Shown: piece by piece, positions 1 through 10,310 of the stretch
How positions within the stretch are numbered: the stretch's first letter is position 1
Layout of the letters: each line of letters begins with the position of its first letter
Assembly (NCBI RefSeq): GCF_006345805.1
Contig: NC_043007.1
Coordinates: forward strand, 11,904,001 to 11,968,000
Length of the DNA stretch: 64,000 bases
Direction of reading: 5' to 3'
From: Octopus sinensis
Taxonomy: Eukaryota
Made by a program: the position numbers and the translations under genes
The notes under the pieces: model-generated
Databases searched by the model: none
What the model was told of the DNA's origin: nothing
What the model saw: only the letters and a program-made list of their open reading frames with translations

Positions 1-193
1 GGTGCAGAACCGTTGAAGCCCATTTTAATGAATGCATCCCGTAAATCAGACAAAAATGTTGCTATTGTGAATTTACAAAACTCAAATAAAGTAAAAAATC
101 AGAGTGAAATTCATTTACAGCTTGTGCAACCTAAGGATCAGAGGATTAAACCACAAGCGCAACGTAGACTTCTGGTGGAGAAAGAGCTAAGTG
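1..193 (+). CDS. C16orf89: Penultimate coding exon (5' end outside window) of a UPF0764/C16orf89-like gene
   Basis: Frame 1 open from base 1 (GAEPLKPILM...QAQRRLLVEKELS-G), ending at donor G|GTAAGT (194). Phase 1 matches the acceptor at 7263 and gives RRLLVEKELSGGCLSHKTAVASGAL, like the recalled C16orf89 motif R..EK...GCSSH.TA.A..AL. Confidence 0.75.
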
Positions 194-352
194 GTAAGTT
201 ATCATTGTTGTTGAGTTTCCTTTAAGATAACTGTGTACTAATTCCACTCCAATATATTTTACATCTCTGTATGTTCTTTCACAAGAAACTGCATCTCAGA
301 TCCATGTTCTAACACTTCTATATTTCACTGTTCCTATATTAACTGTTTCTTA

Positions 353-856
353 CCGTAATTCCTCGAGTATAATCCGCACTTTCTTCCCAAAAATGTAAAG
401 GTCAAAATCCCTAGTGCATACTATATACGAGGTTAAAAATGAAAAATATTTTCTAAGCAATGTCCGAGTTTATATTTGCTGTCTGGTAATGTTTATTCAG
501 ATGCATTTTGTGATGTCGGGCGCAAAAATACATTAAGCTAAGCCTGAAAGCAATGAAGTCTTAAAAGAATCATCCATAACTTGCAGTAAAAGTATTCAGA
601 ACACAGAATAACATGTAATAAAAACAATTTGCAAACATATTTACATTCCCATATAACGGTTAAGAACATCACCATTATTGTATTACACATACACGGAAGT
701 GTTTGTTAGACTAGGTGCAGCTGACTTAATTATGCACGACTCAAGTTAGAGAAGGGGTGCGTATTATACACAAGGTTTAGATTTTTCAGAGGTACAGCCC
801 CCTCAAAATCCCCAGCGTATTATACTCAAGGGCAAACTATACTCGAGGATCTACGG
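353..856. mobile_element. Tc2/pogo-type MITE
   Basis: TIRs CCGTAATTCCTCGAGTATA / TATACTCGAGGATCTACGG, with TA target duplication at 351-352 and 857-858. Confidence 0.85.
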
Positions 857-904
857 TATTCATTATCTCTATCTTAGATATCATGATTGTATCTGTGTTT
901 GTTG

Positions 905-1215
905 TGAAGGCATGAGGCTTAAGAGTTAGGGTATTCAGCTCATGAAGTGAGTTTGATTCTTGGCTCTGCATTGTATCCTTGAGCAAGACACTCTGTTTCA
1001 TGCTGATCCAGTTCACTCATCTGGCAAAGACGAATAGTGCTTGTATTTCAAATGGCCAGTCTTTGTCACATTCTTTGTCACGCTGAATCTCCCTGTGAAC
1101 TACATTAAGGGTTCATGCATCTGTGGAGTGCTCAGCCACTTGCATGTTAATTTCATAAGAGAGCTGTTCCATTGATCAGATCAACTGGAACCCCTGTCAT
1201 CATAACCAATTGAGC
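905..1215 (+). mobile_element. Degenerate tRNA-derived SINE (head C, tail 4)
   Basis: cttgagcaagacact..ttgct/gatccagttcactca core; tail gctgaatctccctg..gtggagtgctcagccacttgca shared with 56945-57790 and 31630-31940(-). Confidence 0.7.
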
Positions 1216-1234
1216 CCTAGTTTGCTTGTTTTTT

Positions 1235-2045
1235 TATGTGGTTGTATGTCTCGGTAACTGTATTGTGTATGGTTGTATGTCTCAATGGCAGGACTGAATG
1301 TATAAGTTTATGTCTTAGTAATAGAATGAATTGTTGTGTAACTAACAGTATGTTTCACTAAAATGGACTGAGTGAGGATGTACGAGGGTGAGTCAAAAAG
1401 TAATGCCATTTTGTTTAGGACAGGTATAATTACCAACACAGGAACATGTATCATACACCAAAAGGAAGCTGGTCCTCTGTGGATCACATCCATACTTCTC
1501 AGCATAGTCACCGTTTCTCTCAATAGCAATGTTCCACCTTCGAATGAAAGCATGTATCCCTGCCCCGTAAAATTCTGTAGTCTGTTCTTTGAGCCACTTC
1601 TTCACTGCAGTTTACACTTCCTCGTAACTAGACTTTCATCTCTTCGGCGCCATGAAAGAAGGTTTGAGAGGCAAACATTATGACGAAGAAGTGACGAGAA
1701 GTGAAACTGTAGTGAAGAAGTGGCTCAAAGAACAGTCAACAGAATTTTGCAGGGCAGGGATACATGCTCTCATTCGAAGGTAGAACATTGCTATTGAGAG
1801 AAAAGGTGACTATGTTGAGAAGTATGGATGTGATCCACAGAGGACCAGCTTCCTTTTGATGTATGATACATGTTCCTGTGTTGGTAATTATACCTGTCCT
1901 AAACAAAATGGTATTACTTTTTGACTCACCCTCGTACGTCTCAGTAAATGGACTGAGTTAGGATCTATGCCTCACTAAATAGACTGAGTGTAACTTTATG
2001 ACTCAGTAAATGGACTGAGTGAGGCTGTATGTCTCACTAAATAGA
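1235..2045. repeat. Degenerate ~30-nt minisatellite (tatgtCTCAGTaaatggACTGAGtgaggatg) interrupted by a mariner derivative
   Basis: Repeated units on both sides of the 1383-1934 insertion; the best-preserved units contain a CTCAGT/ACTGAG inverted pair. Confidence 0.7.
1383..1934. mobile_element. Palindromic non-autonomous mariner made of two inverted 3' ends
   Basis: TIR CGAGGGTGAGTCAAAAAGTAAT at both ends with TA duplication. The ~240-bp arms are reverse complements and encode transposase C-terminal remnants (DFHLFGAMKEGLRGKHYD..VKKWLKEQ..GIHALIRR). Confidence 0.92.
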
Positions 2046-2404
2046 CCATGTTATCCAATTTCAGATTCCACATAGTATTATTTCATTTATCTCACTTAAC
2101 TTCTCATTTACCTATGAAATCAAGGCAGTTTTATAGGTAATCCATCACTTTCTAACATTATATATTTAAAACCTTTTCATCAAAACCTTAAAGAAAACAG
2201 ATGAATTCCTTCAGTGTTGAGTAGCTGAGGTGTGGAAATTTTGAAGAATGCTGCTTCATTTATTTATGTGAAAGTCCAGATTTATAGAACTGTGTTGTTC
2301 AACAAGTGAATAAGAGAAGGAATGTAAAAAATTGTCCAACAAATAATAGATTCTCTGAATTATCTCAAAATTGATGTCTTGTTTCTGAGCATTTTACAGT
2401 TAGA

Positions 2405-2600
2405 ACTATTTTATATCTGTTCTATATCTAAGAGATGAGGAATTATGTACATTATTTACATTATTTACATTCGACGAATATTTGTCCTCATCGTGTTTGT
2501 TGTTAACACAACGTTTCGGCTGATATATCCTCCAGCCTTCTTCAGGTGTCTTGGGGAAATTTCGAACCTGGGTTCTCATTCCTAAGGTATTTTTCGATGT
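2405..2600 (-). mobile_element. Penelope-like terminal repeat fragment
   Basis: Carries a minimal hammerhead variant followed by gatgaggacaaatattcgtcgaatgtaaataatgtaaataa; a piece of that downstream sequence recurs at about 33848-33876(+). Confidence 0.6.
2505..2550 (-). ncRNA. Minimal type I hammerhead ribozyme variant
   Basis: Minus strand reads GACAC-CUGAAGA-A-GGCUG(gaggauauau)CAGCC-GAA-ACGU-U/GUGUU: stem I 5 bp, stem II 5 bp, palindromic 4-nt stem III. Confidence 0.75.
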
Positions 2601-3038
2601 TTTTCTTCTTCTTCTTCTTCTTATTATTATTATTATTATTATTATTATCATCATTGTTATTGTTCAGGTCACTGAACATATGGCATAGTGGTTAAGAGCG
2701 TGGGCTACTAACCTCAAGATTCCGAGTTCAATTCCAAGCAGTGACCTGAACAATAACAATAATATGGCATGGTTGTGTGATTAAGAAGTTTGCTTCCCAA
2801 CCACATGGCTTTAGGTTCAGTCTCACTGTGTTGTACCTTGGTATCTTCTATTATAGTCCCAGGTTGACTTTTGACCTTTTGAGTGGATTTAGATGATGGA
2901 AACTGAAAGAAGCCCATGGTGTGTGTTTGCTTTTATATTGCATGATAGTTGTAAATGAGTGTCAGTATCACTGCAATATACAAGCAATGTCATTCATTTT
3001 CAATAGTCCGGGAAAACATGTCTGGCCATGAAGATGTA

Positions 3039-3414
3039 CACTACCGTCAGAAATTAATTAGCACCTTGATTTGCTCTTCACTCAAGGTATGTGCTGTCAC
3101 CTAGTGGCCATATCTCGAACTATTGCTTTGTTGCGAGTTCACTGTTGCGCAGAACGATGACGTAACTTTGTTTGCAGAGCAGTTTGAGAGTCTACAGCCT
3201 TATGATGTTGACATAGCAGTGCAACAACTTGGAGTGCGGATGCAGACAAATCTTCCTTTGTTTAATAGATATAGGTAGCGCCTCGCAAGGACCGAAATCA
3301 CACCATACTAAGTTTTCTCATCGCGTAAGACGTTTTGAACAGCTCATAGGTTAATTGATTTAACCTATTTAATGTAGAAATTTGAGAAGTGCTAATTAAT
3401 TTCTGACGCAAGTG
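3039..3414. mobile_element. Tc1-like MITE
   Basis: TIRs CACTACCGTCAGAAATTAATTAGCAC / GTGCTAATTAATTTCTGACGCAAGTG; TA duplication at 3037-38 and 3415-16; it splits an older repeat. Confidence 0.85.
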
Positions 3415-3867
3415 TATTACCTTGCCTGGATAGAGGTAAAGGTTGGCAACAGGAAAGGCATCTGGCCATACAAAATCTGTATCAACAAATCCTGCCCAGC
3501 TCATGCAGACATGGAAAAGTGGATATTAAAATGATGATGATGGCGGTGGCGGTGGCAGCTGATTGTTGTCCATGCATGCAAGTTTCCCTTCCCCATACCA
3601 CCAATGTCATTCAAAAGAAAAGGCAGCCAAACTTACACCAATGCAACTTGGCATCAGTGTCACCACAGGTGTTGCTATTATCAGAATGAAAAGAGCCAAA
3701 ACAGATCCCACATTTCGTTCAACCTTCTAACTGTTCCATCAATCCATCAATCTGGATTGATACTTTTATTTTTATCAACTCTGAAAGAATGAATGGTAAA
3801 GTTGATCATGGCTGGATTTGAACTCAGAGCACAGAGATTAGGAACAAACACTACAAGTATTTTATCC

Positions 3868-4246
3868 AGGTGCAGGAGTGGCTGTGTGGTAAGTAGTTTG
3901 CTTACCAACCACATGGTTCCGGGTTCAGTTCCACTGCGTGGTACCTTGAGCAAGTGTGTTCTACTAAAGCCTTGTGAGTGGATTTGGTAGACGGAAACTG
4001 AAAGAAGCCTGTCGTATATATGTATGTGTGTGTATATATTGTGTGTCTGTGTTTGTCCCCCCAACATCACTTGTCAACCGATGCTGGTGTGTTGACATCC
4101 CCGTAACTTAGCGCTTCGGCAAAAGAGACCAATAGAATAAGTACTAGGCTTACAAAGAATAAGTCCTGGGGTCGATTTGCTCGACTAAAGGCAGTGCTCC
4201 AGCATGGCCACAGTCAAATGACTGAAACAAGAAAAAGAGTAAAAGA
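3868..4246 (+). mobile_element. SINE family A (tRNA head, internal (TA/TG)n, CR1-like tail)
   Basis: GGAGTGGCTGTGTGG A-box and GGTTCAGT(T/C)CC B-box; tail GGCAGTGCTCCAGCATGGCCACAGTCAAATGACTGAAACAAG. Confidence 0.9.
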
Positions 4247-4914
4247 TACTCTAATGACTCTGCTACTTCCTTGCTTTGCCTGTTAGACAATAACCATGTC
4301 TCTGATTCACCTTATATAGGCATAAGCTTTCAATGTGGAGAGGCAAAGATTATGAAGTATTGATGCTTTCCTAACATAACTGAAGTGAATGCTTAGTGGT
4401 AATTGCATAGGCCTATGATCAAAAACGTTCCATCCATGACCATTCCATCTTTCATTCCCAGAAGGTATCTCTAGGACAACATTATCCAATGTCTTGCTTC
4501 TTTTCTAAGATGGCAGAATGTAATTTGAGAACGATTTGGATGCTATCTCTAGCAGTTTCAGTGTCCATATGGAGGCTCCCTTTTTGGCTCATGAAGTAAA
4601 TTGAAATATTTAAGTCTCAGAATCAAAATCAAGCAATGGATTTGGCTTGCTATGGAATTATCTTACTCTTTGGTTTACTGTGGAATTATCTAACTCTTTG
4701 TCTTGCTGTGGAATTATCTAACTCTAAGTTTTATTTCTCCAAATTTACATTACTTAAAAGATATTACTAAATAATAATAATAACACTGAATTAAGACAAG
4801 GGGGGAAAAAATATTTATTTTATCTCTCTTGAATTTTCCAAATTTCTAAATTCTTATGGTATAAACAACATACAACACCACTAGTAAGAACACACCTAAA
4901 ATTTGTTTTGTTTG

Positions 4915-5212
4915 TTCCTTCTCGACCCATGCCTGGCTCATAAGGGCCGGTTTCCCGGTTTCCTTGGCGTATAGGTTACCCACCTGGACAGGACGCCGGT
5001 CCATCGCAGGTGAGCTGCAAGATGCAGGAGGAAAGAATGAGAGAAAATTGTGGCGAAAGAGTCAGCAGAAGTTCGCCATTACCTTCTGCCGGAGCTGGGT
5101 GGAGCTTAGGTGTTTTGCTCATAAACACACACATCGCCTGGTCTGAGATTTGAATCCGCGATCCCTCGACCGCGAGTCCGCTGCTCTAACCACTAGGCCA
5201 TGTGCCTCCACT
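4915..5212 (-). mobile_element. SINE head B with tail 2
   Basis: Reverse complement of tggaggcacatggcctagtggttagagcagcggactcgcggtcg... ending ggcccttatgagccaggcatgggtcgagaaggaac. Confidence 0.85.
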
Positions 5213-5374
5213 CACACCTAAAATGGATGGAGAAATTTAAAGGATTGCTTTGGTAAAGTGGTAGAACATTTTTCATGTTTACAAAAGACATAGGTTCAAG
5301 TCCCACATGAAGCCTTCAATATTTTCCACCTAAAGGTTTTTTTAACCCAATATTTACATGCTATTATCTATAGC

Positions 5375-5570
5375 GAGGCAACAGAATCATAAGCGTCTTG
5401 GAAAAACTGCTAAGTGGCATTTCATTCTTCTTTATGTTGTCAGTTCAAATTCTGCCAAGGTTGACTTTGCCTTTCTACCTTCCAGGGGCAATGAAATAAG
5501 TACCAGTTGAGCACAGGGGTTGACTAGTTACAACCCTCAAAAGTTCAGGTTTTGTGCCTGTAATAGAAAG
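5375..5570 (+). mobile_element. Diverged SINE family D (Meta-like central domain)
   Basis: gttcaaattctgccaaggttgactttgcctttctaccttccagggg..aaataagtaccag. Confidence 0.7.
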
Positions 5571-5749
5571 GATTATTTATAACTTTAACTACTTCAAGTT
5601 CCACTGTTAAAAAAAGACCTTAATGATTTATTTCATCTCTTGAAGTTTCTATATTCTTGTTAACATTTGTTTAACCATCTTTAAACCCCATATTTGTAAA
5701 TTAGACATACTTATAGGTAAAAAATGATATTCATAATAGTGGTTTCAAA

Positions 5750-5955
5750 TTTTAGCACAAGGCCAGCAATTTCAGAGGAGTGGGTAGATCGATTACATCA
5801 CCACCACCTCACCCCCCATGCTCAACTGGTACTTATTTTATTGACCCTGAAAGGATAAAAGGCAAAATCGACCTCAGCAGAATTTGAACTCAGAACATAA
5901 AGACAGGACAAAACATCACTAAGCATTTTGCTCAGCATGCTAACAATTTTGCCAG
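5750..5955 (-). mobile_element. SINE family D
   Basis: actggtacttattttattgaccctgaaaggataaaaggcaaaatcgacctcagcagaatttgaactcagaac. Confidence 0.75.
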
Positions 5956-6539
5956 CTTGCCTCCTTAATAACAATAACAACAATAATAATAATAATAATA
6001 ATAGTTGGAATAATATATATTGGTATGTTTTGGATTCCAGTACCATTAATAGTGTTTATCTCAGTAATAATCAGTGGCATATAGAGGGGCTTCAGTTCAA
6101 CACTGCAGTTATACAATATTTCAAAAAGGGACGAAAGGTCCTTCCTGTACCATAGGCTCATAAGTCTGACATCCTAGATTCTGTAGTGCATCTACTCCCC
6201 ACTAGATCGGATGTCAGACCATTACAGGATAATGCATTTTTGTCAGCTAAGAGGACTAGAGCAATGAGAAATGAAGTGTCTTGCTCAAGAACTCAGCCCA
6301 TTGTCCAGTCAAGCAAGTGAAATGATAATCCATCAGGCATTTGCCATATTCTGAACACCTTACTTCCCCAGGCATGGATACATTGAAACTCCGACATTTG
6401 GCAGTTGACTTGGCAGACACCCATAAAATTATTAACCATCTTACAAACAATAACTCTGAGCACCTTTTCAAACTCCACCTGTCTAACCCCCATGGACATG
6501 TGTACAAAGTCTGAAAACAGCACGGCTCCCATGACTTTG

Positions 6540-6790
6540 GAAACACTTTTTCATGCTAAGAGTTGCTGAAGCATGGAACAGACTGCCGGCATCAGTTGTT
6601 AGTTGTCGGAGCACTGCATCCTTCAAAACCTCCATGCTTCCTGAGATTCGCCAACACTACACCTGATTTTTTCCCCTCCATACACACGCAAGCGTGTATC
6701 TGACTCTACTGCATATGCTTTATACACACTTTTTACAAGTTGTGGTGCACCTGAACACTGTATACAATAATTTCATTATTATTATTATGA
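6540..6790 (+). mobile_element. CR1/L2-type LINE 3' end
   Basis: Translates FFMLRVAEAWNRLPASVVSCRSTASFKTSM..*, followed by a 3' UTR and (ATT)n tail. Confidence 0.8.
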
Positions 6791-6799
6791 GCACAATAC

Positions 6800-7020
6800 C
6801 CCTTTCGTTACTGTATTTATTTTGAGATGCCCTGTGTTTCTTTCAATTACTTTAAATATAACAAAGAATTTAGTAAAATAACATAGTTACCATTCAGCTA
6901 GTGTTAGGAACATAAATTGTGACTAAGGTTTGGTGGAAGATTTTAATTCAGAACTTATGAAAACAAGACATTTGTACTACAGAGTCAGAGCCGGTTTCAG
7001 CCAGGTTGGTAACGAAAGGG
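6800..7020. mobile_element. piggyBac-type MITE
   Basis: TIRs CCCTTTCGTTAC / GTAACGAAAGGG; TTAA on the right; an inverted sister copy lies at 21632-21851. Confidence 0.85.
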
Positions 7021-7262
7021 TTAACCATTAAGCCACTTAGCTTCACCAAATGATCCAAAGGTCCTTCCCAAGCCATCTACGCACACACATCTATACGCAT
7101 TTAAGCAACATCTTTGCAACAACAACATCCATGTACATACAACTATATAAACGTATACCCAAACACAAATCTGTACATATGCACACATCATAACTATTTA
7201 CTTAAAACTATTTCCTGTCTCTATGCAATAATGGTACTTAAATGTCATTTTTCTCTTTGCAG

Positions 7263-8095
7263 GTGGCTGTCTGAGTCACAAGACTGCTGTTGCCAGTGGC
7301 GCCTTGGTGATTTACTTAAATTTCTTGCTTCACCACAGTCTGGATCAGCTGAACCATTCTGATACTGTCTGGCATTCTGTGAACCAGCGTCTTTTGTTAA
7401 ATACTGCTTCAAAAACCACCACCAATTCCTTGCCTCCAGTACTCCAGCCTGGCCATTTAAAGAAGGTTCAGCCAGTTTTTCCCAATGAACAGAAACCAGT
7501 ACCATTGGGTGGTGATTCCAATTCCTTTGTCCAACAAGAAACTGTCATTAAGAAAAGCTTCCAAGAACCAGTTCTTGGAGACATGGGAATAGAAAGGGAT
7601 AATAAAAAAGATGGCGTCCAGGAAGATGACTATGAAGAATACGAAAACGATAAGTTTCTGAATGAAAATTACAGAGACAAGAAAGTGGTCCATTTTGGCA
7701 ATAATAAAGAATCATTGAAAGCCTTGGATGAAAACGGTGACGGTTACGATGACGACAGCCTAGATGAGGAAGATGAAGACGGTGACTACACTTACTATGA
7801 TGAAAATGAAGAAGATACCGCACGTCAGGAAAAAATAAACAAGCAACAAAAATTCTTGCAAAATTTGGCACCTGACAAGAAACAAATTTTACCTCGACTT
7901 GCACGTAACTCTGGTTTTCATGGACGATCTTCGCAGGAAAACCAAGAGACTTTTGGAAATAATTCCTCACCGACAGGAATTATTTTAATTACAGTAGTTT
8001 TCATAATAACTGTTTTACTTTTACTTATGTATAGATTTATCAAAAAACGAAGAATTCACATCAGATATAACCCTAGGACATTTCTGAAATTATAA
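7263..8095 (+). CDS. C16orf89: Terminal coding exon of C16orf89-like protein with acidic stalk and C-terminal TM helix
   Basis: Acceptor tttttctctttgcag| at 7262; about 277 open codons GCLSHKTAVASGALVIYLNFLLH...DDDSLDEEDEDGDY...IILITVVFIITVLLLLMY-RFIKKRR...FLKL*. Family assignment is from memory, not a search. Confidence 0.8.
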
Positions 8096-8482
8096 ACCAT
8101 TTGAGAAGAAAAGACTTTGGTAGATAATTTTTGATAAATGGGTGTCTGGTACATTTTATTTTATTTTATTTTATTTTATTTTATTTCAAAAAATCCCTTC
8201 CATGCTCCACACCCCCTATGTCAGCCCCACCCCACCCAATCTACCACCACTCCTCCCTCTATAACTACCTTTCTTTCTAAACTTCTCTCAGTTGCGTCGG
8301 ACTCTACTCAAACTTATTTGTCTCTAGTTGATGCCATTCTTTGATTATAAGAGGCGATGAGTGTTTGAGATTGATTCTGGGTGCATGCATATGTGTATTG
8401 GCAGTGTAATATCTTTACACACCACACACACACACACACATACATATATATAAATATGTATATACATATATATGTATGTGTT

Positions 8483-8516
<34 letters not shown>

Positions 8517-8724
8517 GTGAGAGAAAGTTGTCTTAGAATCCATAATTCAGAAAGATATGTACTCATAAATTTTGGTATATTAATCAAAATATACTGTATT
8601 ATAGATCTATAATCAGTTTTGCACAGGGTATTAAGTAAGCAGCAGATTATCTTAATACCTGCACTCATTAGAGATGGTCAGTATGTAAAGAAGAAAGAAA
8701 AATTCCTATTTTCTCCATACCAGA

Positions 8725-8796
8725 CACCTCTGATGAGCACAAGTATTAGATGATCATGATTACCTAATATCCTGTGTGAAACCTATTAGTAAGATC
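8725..8796 (+). ncRNA. Type I hammerhead ribozyme motif, copy 1
   Basis: CACCU-CUGAUGA-GCACA..UAUUAG(14 nt)CUAAUA..UGUGU-GAAA-CCUAUUA-GUA/AGAUC. Core intact; stem III imperfect; stem I has a C.A mismatch. Confidence 0.7.
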
Positions 8797-8875
8797 ACAT
8801 ATTATGGATCTAGAACACTGTGTACTTTGCTTAATATATATATATTAATATATATATATATATATATATATATCA

Positions 8876-9075
8876 AATAAAATGGAATTAATAAAACTGA
8901 GCTGGATCCTCAATTATCACTTGATTAATATACTGGCTAATAGGGTGTATAGAAGTGGACAATTTCTATAAAGGAAACTATTCATACATACTAAAGGAGT
9001 ATAGAACATAAAGTCCAAGAATGGAATTTATGATAATTACATTTATTCCTTACTTATGTGCACTTCAACAATAAA
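8876..9075 (+). promoter_or_regulatory. Candidate polyadenylation signals for the C16orf89-like gene
   Basis: First AATAAA hexamers after the stop codon are at 8876, 8890 and 9070; I saw none between 8096 and 8875. Confidence 0.4.
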
Positions 9076-9278
9076 TGGAAAATATATTTTTGCATGACCA
9101 TTATATTCTGAAAAAATATATATATTATAGGTATTGTTGAAATGCACATGACTAAAGAATATATGTAATACCATAAATTCTGTTCCTGGACTTAATATCT
9201 TCATATATAGTCTCTAAAATTCCATGTTTATAAGTCAGTTTTACACCAGGTAATCGGACTATTTTTTTCCATACCTGC

Positions 9279-9352
9279 CACCTCTGATGAGCGCAGTTGT
9301 TAGGTAATTTTCTGATTACCTAATATCCAGTGCAAAACCAATTGGTAAGATC
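9279..9352 (+). ncRNA. Type I hammerhead ribozyme motif, copy 2 (G12A)
   Basis: CACCU-CUGAUGA-GCGCAG-UUGUUAGGUAAU(uuucug)AUUACCUAAUA-UCCAGUGC-AAAA-CCAAUUGG-UA/AGAUC. Perfect palindromic stem III ACCAAUUGGU; GAAA is changed to AAAA. Confidence 0.7.
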
Positions 9353-9785
9353 AGCTGTAATGAATCTATAATATTGTATACTTAAACTAATAATAATGAT
9401 AATGATAATATGTGTATGTAGTATATACACCAATGTGTCAATATGGTTTACATGTAGGTTTCACAACTCAGCTACGATTACATTTAATCCCTTTAGAAGT
9501 ATGTGTAACACCAAATAGACAGAAGAAATACAAAGAAAAAGTATCCCTTTTTTTTCCTCGTATTTTTTTCAATTTTTATTCTAATTCAGTAAGTATGTAT
9601 TTGTGCCTATATTTTTATATGTACTGTCTCAGTAATATCTCCTTAAAACACTTGACTGAAGTCTGATGGGATCTGTCGGTTTGTTTTACACTCGTACTTC
9701 TAAAGTATGGAATTAATAACAATCTGTTTGATTGCACAAACTAACTGATGCTATCTCTTACACTGTGTATATATGTTTGTAATTA

Positions 9786-9990
9786 TTATGATCGTAAGAT
9801 TGTGGTTTCGATTCCTGGACCAGACGACGCGTTGTGTTCTTGAGCAAAACACTTCATTTCACGTTGCTCCAGTCCACTCAGCTGGCAACAATGAGTAATC
9901 CTGCGACTGACCAGCGTTCTGTCCAGGTGGGGAATTTCTATGCCACTGAAACCAGGAAACCGGCCCTTATGAGCCTGGCATGGCTCAAGA
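9786..9990 (+). mobile_element. SINE head C (5'-truncated) with tail 2
   Basis: atgatcgtaagattgtggtttcgattcctggacc..ttgagcaaaacacttcatttcacgttgctccagtccactcagc..ggcccttatgagcctggcatggctc. Confidence 0.85.
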
Positions 9991-10002
9991 AGCAATATTT
10001 GT

Positions 10003-10310
10003 GGAGGCGCAATGGCCCAGTGGTTAGGGCAGTAGACTCACAGTCGGAGGATCACGGTTTCGATTCCAAGACCGAGCGTTGTGTATGTTTATTGAGCAAA
10101 AACACCTAAAGCTCTACAAGGCTCCGGCAGGGTGGTGGTGGCAAACCCTGTTGTACTCTTTTGCCCCAACTTTCTCTCACTCTTTCTTCCTGTTTCTTGA
10201 GTAACACTGCAATGGACTGGTGTCCCGTCCAGTTGGGGGGAACACTTATGCCATAGAAACCTGGAAATCAGGCCCATGAGCTTGGCTAAGCTTGAAAAGG
10301 GTGCATAAAT
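10003..10310 (+). mobile_element. SINE head B with tail 1
   Basis: tggaggcgcaatggcccagtggttagggcag..; ends gcccatgagcttggctaagcttgaaaagggtgcat. Confidence 0.85.

Noticed and set aside
3868-3950. tRNA genes at SINE heads
   Set aside because: A/B boxes are present but there is no complete cloverleaf, and the sequence continues into the SINE body.
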